Below the pieces are notes generated by a model that was given only the letters and a program-made list of their open reading frames with translations, did no database searches and was not told the DNA's origin. The position numbers and the translations under genes were made by a program. Positions 9,516 to 16,432 of a DNA stretch of 20,739 nt are shown one piece after another; position 1 is the stretch's first letter, and every line of letters starts with the position of its first letter. The stretch comes from Candidatus Altarchaeum sp. (GTDB taxonomy: Archaea; Altiarchaeota; Altiarchaeia; Altiarchaeales; Altiarchaeaceae): contig JAGWDQ010000134.1 in the NCBI GenBank assembly GCA_018260615.1, forward strand, positions 1-20,739, written 5' to 3'.

Positions 9516-9592
9516 CCCTCTGAATAGTTACTAATATTTAATAATAAGTTCATCATCTAATTCTGAAAACAATTGCCCACCACATTTTAATT

Positions 9593-9607
9593 AGACATCT
9601 GATGTCT
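9593..9607. promoter_or_regulatory. Candidate operator palindrome upstream of the RACo gene
   Basis: agacatc-t-gatgtct, 7-bp perfect arms, about 110 bp upstream of ATG 9716. Single copy, so weak. Confidence 0.25.
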
Positions 9608-9715
9608 TGCGTTTTGAAAATATTTAATAATAAAAATACTAATTCTTAAATCTTTAATATTTGATATTCTTTAATAATTAATTTTCATTTAAAAACAAAA
9701 TTCATTTAAAATACG

Positions 9716-11719
9716 ATGCCTTCAAAAATTTTATTCAGGATAGAGGGAAAAGAGAAGGAAAATGACGAGCTTATAAAGGAGATAGTTGTTAGCGACGAAG
9801 AAATTTCTGCAAGGGAATCATTGCTGACTCTTGCCGCAAAGAACGATATAGCAATTTCAAATTTCTGCAACGGGAGAGGAAAGTGCGGAAGGTGTAAAAT
9901 AATAATAAATTTTGATGAACAGGGAAAGTTAGACATAAACAAGGAACTGCTCTCAAAGGTATTAAAGCCGGAAAAAATTTTAAAGGGCTATATTCTTGCA
10001 TGTCTGGCATTTCCGAAAAACAATACGAATATTGAGGTCATTGTTCCTTCTGAGTCCATTGAATCAAAGTATGAGGTGTTAAGCGGAAAGGCAGTAAAGA
10101 TTACAGACAGGGAAATTTCCGGCGATGCGGGAGTGGCAATAGATATCGGGACAACAACAGTGGCAACATATCTCGTGGATTTATCAAACAATGGTGTTGT
10201 TGCTTCGGAAGGAAGTTATAACGGACAGGTTAGATTCGGAGCTGATGTTATGACAAGAATGAATTATATTATTGAAAATAAAACCGGAGATGAGGCATTG
10301 CAGAACGCAATCGGAGCAACAATAAACATTCATTTAAAAAATTTATCGGAAAGGAAAAAATTTCAAAAAATTTCAAAAATCGTTGTTTCTGGAAATACCG
10401 TAATGACTTATTTATTTCTCAAAAAAAATCCGCTGGAAATCAGGGACGGTGCATACAATAATCCGAATTTTAAGAGAGCATACACTGTTAAAGGACGAGA
10501 TGTCAGGTTAAAATACGGTGCCGAAGATGCGGATGTTTATTGCGTTCCGGGACTGGGAAATTATGTCGGAGGAGATATTACATCCGATATTATAATTTCC
10601 GAAATTTTTAAAGAAGATAAAATTTGCCTTGTGATAGATGTTGGAACAAACGGAGAGGTTGCACTCGGAAACAAAGAATGGCTCGCTGTGTGTGCAACAT
10701 CCGCGGGACCTGCATTTGAAGGAGGAGAAGTCAGATGCGGAATGAGGGCGATGAAGGGTGCAATTGACCGCCTAAAGATAGAAAATCAGGGCAGAGATGT
10801 TATTTACAGAGTTATCGGAGGAGAATTTAATAAACCCGAAGGAATATGCGGAAGCGGATTGATTATTTTAATTGCAGAACTGATGAGGAACGGATTAATA
10901 GATGCGAACGGGAAATTTAACAGAAAATCAGCGGAGAAAACAGAACGGCTCAGAAAGTCAAAATATTATGAAGAACAGGGACAGGAAATTTATGAGTATG
11001 TTGTTGTTTATGGCAATGAAACAGAGGGTAAAGAGGACATAAGTTCGCTTCGCTCTCATATATCAGAAGCAAGTTCTGATATTACAATAAATGAGAAAGA
11101 CCTTGAAAATTTAAAATATACAAAAGCAGCGATATTTTCAGGAGTGATGACATTGTTAAGAAATACAGGTGTGAAATTTGATGAAATAAATAAAATTTTT
11201 ATTGCAGGCGGATTTGGAAATTTCATTGATTTGGAATCTGCCATATTGGTTGGATTGTTTCCGGATGTTGAAAGGGAAAAGTATAAATTTATAGGAAACG
11301 GTTCATTAGACGGAGCATACAGACAATTAATTGATGAGAATGCGAGAAAGACGGCCGAAAACATTGCCTCAAATGTAACTTATGTTGACTTATCCAGAGA
11401 CGGAAATTTTGTTGATGAATATAGTGCCGCTTTATACTTTCCTCACAGCAGGCTGGATTTATTTCCGACATGGAAAAATTTTGAAGGTATGAGAGGAACA
11501 AATGAGATAGAAATTTCAGATAATAAAGAAATAAAAGAGATAAAAGAAAAAGAGAAGGAAGAAACCAAAGAGATAAAAATTGCAGAAGTTAGTAAAGAAG
11601 CAAAAGAAATTAAAATTAGTGAGGATAAAGAAAGGCAGACAAAAATTTTAAAGGAATCAAAGATGTTCAGGATTGAGGGATTTAAGATAGAAGGTGATGA
11701 ACTTGAAATTGAGATGTAA
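9716..11719 (+). CDS. acsV: Reductive activator of corrinoid Fe-S protein (RACo): 2Fe-2S ferredoxin + ASKHA ATPase domains, with an extra K/E-rich C-terminal tail
   Basis: C-x5-C-x2-C (FCNGRGKCGRCKI) plus distal LAC; ASKHA motifs AIDIGTTTV, VIDVGTNGEV, SAGPAFEGG, GICGSG, IAGGFG. cdhD lies nearby. Confidence 0.9.
   Translation: MPSKILFRIEGKEKENDELIKEIVVSDEEISARESLLTLAAKNDIAISNFCNGRGKCGRCKIIINFDEQGKLDINKELLSKVLKPEKILKGYILACLAFPKNNTNIEVIVPSESIESKYEVLSGKAVKITDREISGDAGVAIDIGTTTVATYLVDLSNNGVVASEGSYNGQVRFGADVMTRMNYIIENKTGDEALQNAIGATINIHLKNLSERKKFQKISKIVVSGNTVMTYLFLKKNPLEIRDGAYNNPNFKRAYTVKGRDVRLKYGAEDADVYCVPGLGNYVGGDITSDIIISEIFKEDKICLVIDVGTNGEVALGNKEWLAVCATSAGPAFEGGEVRCGMRAMKGAIDRLKIENQGRDVIYRVIGGEFNKPEGICGSGLIILIAELMRNGLIDANGKFNRKSAEKTERLRKSKYYEEQGQEIYEYVVVYGNETEGKEDISSLRSHISEASSDITINEKDLENLKYTKAAIFSGVMTLLRNTGVKFDEINKIFIAGGFGNFIDLESAILVGLFPDVEREKYKFIGNGSLDGAYRQLIDENARKTAENIASNVTYVDLSRDGNFVDEYSAALYFPHSRLDLFPTWKNFEGMRGTNEIEISDNKEIKEIKEKEKEETKEIKIAEVSKEAKEIKISEDKERQTKILKESKMFRIEGFKIEGDELEIEM
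11039..11061. repeat. 23-bp REP-like element, copy inside the RACo coding sequence
   Basis: ataagttcgcttcgctctcatat, exact match to 16392-16414. Followed by the perfect hairpin atatcagaa-gcaag-ttctgatat at 11060-11082. Confidence 0.85.
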
Positions 11720-11742
11720 ATTTATGGGCAATTAGTAATGAA

Positions 11743-13128
11743 ATGAATACAAAAAATTTAATCGGTTTAATCAAAAAAGGAGAATCACAGACACTTGAAT
11801 TCAAAAAGAGTTTCGCCGAGACGGATGAAATTCTGGAAACGATTTGCGCGTTTGCGAATACAAACGACGGAACAACTTTGGTTGGTATTTCAGATGAAGG
11901 AAATCCTATCGGTGTAACAATTGGTAAAGATACATTGGAGAAAATTTCACAGAGAATCAGAGAGGGCTTTGATCCTGTTGTTTTTCCTTACATAGATGTT
12001 GGAGAAATTGATGGCAAAAAAATAGTTATCATAGAAGTTGCCGAGGCACAGGAGAAGCCGGTTTTATTCAGACATGTTGCATACAAGCGGGTTGGAAAAA
12101 CAAGCCCAAAGATTTCGGCAGGCGAGGTAAGAAAAATATCTAAGAACTCCGGAGAGAAGGTTTACTGGGACGAAGGAATTTGCAGGGATGCCACACTTAA
12201 AGATATTGATGAGGAAAAGGTGAGATGGTTTTTGAGAAAGGCAAAATATGAGAGAAATTTTGATGTTGATCCTAAAACACCTGTAAAAGAAGCACTTGAA
12301 CGACTGAAATTACTTAAAAGAGAAAAATTAACCAACGCGGCAATTTTATTGTTTGGAAAAAATCCGCAAAAATTCTTTTTGCAGGCGAAAATAAGATGCG
12401 CCCGGTTTAAAGGTGTGGATGGACTTGATTACATAGATATGAAAGTACTTGAAGGCACAATACCTGAAATGAGAGAAAACACCATAAAATTCATAATGCA
12501 GCACACGAAACACGGAGTTTTCTTTGATGAGAACAGGCGTTATGATAAGTGGGAGTATCCTTTCAGAGCATTGGAGGAGTTGCTGATTAATGCGTTAGCA
12601 CACAGAGAGTATGAATCAACATCGGATATACAGGTTTCTGTCTATGATGATCGTATAGAAATATGGAATCCTGGGGAATTGCCGGAATCATTAACCCCTG
12701 ATGATTTGAAGAAAAAACACAAATCAATACCAAGAAATCGTTTAATTGCCGGAACTTTGTTTTTGATCAAATACATTGAGCAGTGGGGCAAAGGAACAAA
12801 CAGGGTTATTAAAGAACTGTCAGAGCATAAGCTATCTGAACCGGCATTTCAAAATTTATCCGGCGGGTTTGAAGTTATTGTTTATGGTCCCGGAAGGGCA
12901 TTTGAAGAAGAAATTGAGAAAGAAAAATTTCATATTCTTGATATAAATAAAAGACAGAAAAATGCGATAAGATATATTAAGCAAAACGGCAATATAACTA
13001 CAAGAGAATATATGGGAATAAATAATGTCTCTGATAAGACGGCTTATATAGAATTAAATGATCTTTTCGTAAAAAAGATATTCGACAGGGTTGGCGTTGG
13101 AAGGATAACGAAATATGTTATAAAATAA
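11743..13128 (+). CDS. Schlafen/AlbA_2 domain + RecG-C-terminal-like HATPase_c_4 domain + C-terminal winged HTH (putative regulator or nuclease)
   Basis: GESQTLEFKKS and ICAFANTNDGTTLVG (AlbA_2); YPFRALEELLINALAHREY, DDRIEIWNPG, RNRLIA, IEQWGKG (HATPase_c_4); ITTREYMGINNVSDKTAYIELNDL...GVGRITKY (wHTH). Confidence 0.85.
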   Translation: MNTKNLIGLIKKGESQTLEFKKSFAETDEILETICAFANTNDGTTLVGISDEGNPIGVTIGKDTLEKISQRIREGFDPVVFPYIDVGEIDGKKIVIIEVAEAQEKPVLFRHVAYKRVGKTSPKISAGEVRKISKNSGEKVYWDEGICRDATLKDIDEEKVRWFLRKAKYERNFDVDPKTPVKEALERLKLLKREKLTNAAILLFGKNPQKFFLQAKIRCARFKGVDGLDYIDMKVLEGTIPEMRENTIKFIMQHTKHGVFFDENRRYDKWEYPFRALEELLINALAHREYESTSDIQVSVYDDRIEIWNPGELPESLTPDDLKKKHKSIPRNRLIAGTLFLIKYIEQWGKGTNRVIKELSEHKLSEPAFQNLSGGFEVIVYGPGRAFEEEIEKEKFHILDINKRQKNAIRYIKQNGNITTREYMGINNVSDKTAYIELNDLFVKKIFDRVGVGRITKYVIK

Positions 13129-13133
13129 AGGGA

Positions 13134-13214
13134 GTAGTGAAAAGGTAGTGAAAAGGTAGTGAAACAATAGGGATGAGGTAATAGTGATATGTGTTGACGC
13201 AAGGTTGACGCAAG
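13134..13214. repeat. Two short direct-repeat arrays, both with 11-bp period
   Basis: gtagtgaaaag x2 + gtagtgaaa at 13134, 13145, 13156; gttgacgcaag x2 at 13193 and 13204. Confidence 0.85.
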
Positions 13215-13329
13215 AAATAAATATCCAATTGGTGTCCGATTCAAAGAGTGTTAGAATGCTGTTGAGTTCCAAATAAAGAACAGCACCAAAATTTAATAAA
13301 TTTCAAATTAAATTTATATAATTTTAAAA

Positions 13330-13674
13330 ATGTCCGGCGAAAAGAAAAAAACAGAGGAAATTATTGACAGTAATATTGAGAGTGGTCTTGAAGAGACCCC
13401 TTATGGAATTAAGAAAAATTTAAAGGTAAATTGCTGTCTGAAATTTAAAAATTTCAAAGTTAAAGCAGGAAAAATACGGCTAAAATTTCCAGTTGAACTC
13501 GCTCAAAAAGCAGTTACTGAAAAAACAGCGGAAGGCGAAAAGGCAATATCCGAAGAAAATTTTAAAGGCGGAGAAGAGATTGAATTAAAAAATGTATGTC
13601 TGAAAGAATGCGAGCTGACAATTGATATTCCGCAGATTATCCAGGAAATAATTTCATCAAAAGGAAAAGAATAA
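13330..13674 (+). CDS. Hypothetical 114-aa protein, stand-alone paralogue of the CdhD N-terminal extension
   Basis: Residues 37-108 align without gaps to CdhD residues 32-103 with 30/72 identities (KFKNFK, FP, AQKA, EK, EKAI, KGG, P...Q.II), counted by hand. Confidence 0.8.
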   Translation: MSGEKKKTEEIIDSNIESGLEETPYGIKKNLKVNCCLKFKNFKVKAGKIRLKFPVELAQKAVTEKTAEGEKAISEENFKGGEEIELKNVCLKECELTIDIPQIIQEIISSKGKE

Positions 13675-13713
13675 AATCAACAAAGCACAAAATAAAACAA
13701 AAACATTAAATTT

Positions 13714-13750
13714 AATTGAAAGTAAAAATTTAAATTGAAAGTAAAAATTT
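13714..13750. repeat. 18-bp direct duplication spanning the TPR gene start
   Basis: aattgaaagtaaaaattt at 13714-13731 and 13733-13750. The second copy contains the TTG start at 13735. Confidence 0.75.
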
Positions 13751-16338
13751 TGCAGGGATATGGATTATTAGAGATTGCAGCAGTTGGAGTAATTTTGATT
13801 TTAAGTGTGTTAATAAGCGGGTGCGTAGAAAATGACGATACAAACAAGCACAATGATTTGGGACTTTCATACTATGAGTCAGGCAATTTTGAAGAAGCAG
13901 AGAAGGAATTTAGAGCGGCAATAAAGCTCAATCCAAATCTTGCAGTATTTCATACCAATCTAGGACAAACATTGCAAAATTTAAATCGTTATGAAGAAGC
14001 AGAGAAAGAATTTAAAGAAGCAATAAGGATATATCCAAATTATGCTGGTGCACACAATAATTTAGGATATTTATTGTATAATTTAAACAGATATGAAGAA
14101 GCGGAGAAGGAATATAGGGAAGCAATAAGAATAGATCCGAATCTTGCCATACCTCATAATAATTTAGGGCTTTTATTGCAAAATTTAAAACGCTATGAAG
14201 AAGCGGAGAAAGAACTTAGAGAAGCAATACGACTAAATTCAAATCTTGCCGTAGCACATAGTAATTTAGGACTTTTATTGAAAGATTTAAAACGCTATGA
14301 AGAAGCGGAGAAAGAACTTAGGAAAGCAATAGGGATAGATTCAAATTTTGCCGAAGCACATAATGGTTTAGGACTTTTATTGAAAGATTTAAAACGCTAT
14401 GAAGAAGCGGAGAAGGAATACATTGAAGCCATACGAATAAATCCTAATCTTGCCATACCCCATTATAATTTAGGGGTTTTATTGTATGATTTAAAACGCT
14501 ATGAAGAAGCGGAGAAAGAATACAGAGAAGCAATAAGAATTGATCCCAATGATGCTGGAACATACAATAATTTAGGGTTTTTATTGTATAATTTAAACAG
14601 ATATGAAGAAGCGGAGAAGGAACTTAGGGAAGCAATACGACTAAATCCAAATCTTGCTGAAGCACAAAGTAATTTAGAAGTTTTATTGAAATATTTAAAA
14701 CACTATGAAGAAGCGGAGAAAGAATACAGGGAAGCAATAAAGATAAATCCAGATAATGCCGATGCACATTATAATTTGGGAAATTTATTGCAGAATTTAA
14801 AACACTATGAAGAAGCAGAGAAAGAATACAGAGAAGCAATAAAGATCAATTCAAGTTTTGCTGCGGCACATAATAATTTAGGAAATTTATTGGATGATTT
14901 AAACCAATATGAAGAAGCAGAGAAAGAATACAGAGAAGCAATAAAAATAAATTCCGATTATTCCGATGCACATAATAATTTAGGACTTTTATTGTATAAT
15001 TTAAAACGCTATGAAGAAGCGGAGAAAGAATACAGAGAAGCAATAAATCTTAATTCAAGTTTTGCTGAAGCACATAATAATTTAGGACTTTTATTGTATA
15101 ATTTAAAACGCTATGAAGAAGCGGAGAAAGAATACAGAGAAGCAATAAATCTTAATTCAAGTTTTGCTGAAGCACATAATAATTTAGGACTTTTATTGTA
15201 TAATTTAAAACGCTATGAAGAAGCGGAGAAAGAATACAGAGAAGCAATAAATCTTAATTCAAGTTTTGCTGAAGCACATAATAATTTAGGACTTTTATTG
15301 TATAATTTAAAACGCTATGAAGAAGCGGAGAAAGAATACAGAGAAGCAATAAATCTTAATTCAAGTTTTGCTGAAGCACATAATAATTTAGGACTTTTAT
15401 TGTATAATTTAAAACGCTATGAAGAAGCGGAGAAGGAACTTATAGAAACAATACGACTAAATCCAAATCTCGTGGTGGCACATTATAATTTAGGAGATTT
15501 ATTAAGAGATTTAAACCGCTATGAAGAAGCGGAGAAACAATACATGGAAGCAATAAAGCTCAATTCAAGTTTTGCTGAAGCACATAATAATTTAGGGTAT
15601 TTATTGTACAATTTAAATCGCTATGAAGAAGCGGAGAAGGAATACAGAGAAGCAATACGACTAAATCCAAATTATGCTGATGCACATAATAATTTAGGAT
15701 ATTTATTGTCAGATTTAAAACGCTATGAAGAAGCGGAGAAGGAATATAGAGAAGCAATACGAATAAATCCAAATTATGCTGATGCACATAATAATTTAGG
15801 ATATTTATTGTCAGATTTAAAACGCTATGAAGAAGCGGAGAAGGAATATAGAGAAGCAATACGAATAAATCCAAATTATGCTGATGCACATAATAATTTA
15901 GGATATTTATTGTCAGATTTAAAACGCTATGAAGAAGCGGAGAAGGAATATAGAGAAGCAATACGAATAAATCCAAATTATGCTGATGCACATAATAATT
16001 TAGGATATTTATTGTCAGATTTAAAACGCTATGAAGAAGCGGAGAAGGAATATAGGGAAGTAATAAGGATAAATCCAAATTATGCTGATGCACATAATAA
16101 TTTAGGATATTTATTGTACAATTTAAACAGATATGAAGAAGCGGAGAAGGAATACAAAGAAGCAATACGAATAAATCCAAATGATGCTGAAATACATGCA
16201 AATTTAGGAATTTTATATGCAAAAATCGGGAAAATTGATGATGCAAAAGAAGAAATTTTAAAAGCAAAGGAATTGTTTGAAAAACTGGGAAGAACTGATG
16301 ATGTTAAACTTTGTGATGAATTTTTGAAAAATTTATGA
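13735..16338 (+). CDS. Lipoprotein with 24 tandem TPR repeats
   Basis: Hydrophobic signal ending in the lipobox LISG-C, then 24 x 34-aa units with consensus AxAHNNLGxLLxxLKRYEEAEKEYREAIxxNPNx. TTG start is uncertain. Confidence 0.9.
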   Translation: MKVKILQGYGLLEIAAVGVILILSVLISGCVENDDTNKHNDLGLSYYESGNFEEAEKEFRAAIKLNPNLAVFHTNLGQTLQNLNRYEEAEKEFKEAIRIYPNYAGAHNNLGYLLYNLNRYEEAEKEYREAIRIDPNLAIPHNNLGLLLQNLKRYEEAEKELREAIRLNSNLAVAHSNLGLLLKDLKRYEEAEKELRKAIGIDSNFAEAHNGLGLLLKDLKRYEEAEKEYIEAIRINPNLAIPHYNLGVLLYDLKRYEEAEKEYREAIRIDPNDAGTYNNLGFLLYNLNRYEEAEKELREAIRLNPNLAEAQSNLEVLLKYLKHYEEAEKEYREAIKINPDNADAHYNLGNLLQNLKHYEEAEKEYREAIKINSSFAAAHNNLGNLLDDLNQYEEAEKEYREAIKINSDYSDAHNNLGLLLYNLKRYEEAEKEYREAINLNSSFAEAHNNLGLLLYNLKRYEEAEKEYREAINLNSSFAEAHNNLGLLLYNLKRYEEAEKEYREAINLNSSFAEAHNNLGLLLYNLKRYEEAEKEYREAINLNSSFAEAHNNLGLLLYNLKRYEEAEKELIETIRLNPNLVVAHYNLGDLLRDLNRYEEAEKQYMEAIKLNSSFAEAHNNLGYLLYNLNRYEEAEKEYREAIRLNPNYADAHNNLGYLLSDLKRYEEAEKEYREAIRINPNYADAHNNLGYLLSDLKRYEEAEKEYREAIRINPNYADAHNNLGYLLSDLKRYEEAEKEYREAIRINPNYADAHNNLGYLLSDLKRYEEAEKEYREVIRINPNYADAHNNLGYLLYNLNRYEEAEKEYKEAIRINPNDAEIHANLGILYAKIGKIDDAKEEILKAKELFEKLGRTDDVKLCDEFLKNL
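14968..15434 (+). repeat. Identical 102-bp TPR-coding tandem block A (about 4.6 copies)
   Basis: gcacataataatttaggacttttattg recurs at 14968, 15070, 15172, 15274, 15376. Confidence 0.9.
15662..16055 (+). repeat. Identical 102-bp TPR-coding tandem block B (about 3.9 copies)
   Basis: taaatccaaattatgctgatg recurs at 15662, 15764, 15866, 15968 and, as the start of a diverged unit, at 16070. Confidence 0.9.
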
Positions 16339-16391
16339 ATATGAATAAAATAATGAACAATCATAACAAAATCCAAATAAATCAAATCCAA

Positions 16392-16414
16392 ATAAGTTCG
16401 CTTCGCTCTCATAT
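16392..16414. repeat. 23-bp REP-like element, intergenic copy 18 bp upstream of the cdhD start
   Basis: ataagttcgcttcgctctcatat, exact match to 11039-11061. Confidence 0.85.
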
Positions 16415-16432
16415 TTTTAAATAAATTTAAAA

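Noticed and set aside
1042-11501. Short overlapping ORFs at 1042, 2383, 4264, 8374, 9706, 9789, 9988, 11056 and 11289
   Set aside because: Each is under 105 aa, overlaps a longer supported gene on the opposite strand, and has no recognisable motif.
13044-13272. Minus-strand 66-aa and 72-aa ORFs spanning the 11-bp repeats
   Set aside because: They overlap the end of the AlbA_2 gene, have no motif, and the 11-bp period is not codon-compatible.
13714-16055. Possible CRISPR array (attgaaag resembles a CRISPR repeat end; regular 102-bp spacing)
   Set aside because: attgaaag occurs only twice, 19 bp apart, with no spacers. The 102-bp units are in-frame TPR codons without unique spacers, and no cas genes are present.
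14624-16412. Minus-strand ORFs within the TPR gene (14624-14839, 14846-15043, 15560-16267, 16080-16412), including a 235-aa repetitive one
   Set aside because: Antisense shadows of the 102-bp TPR repeats; they copy its period and show no independent motif.
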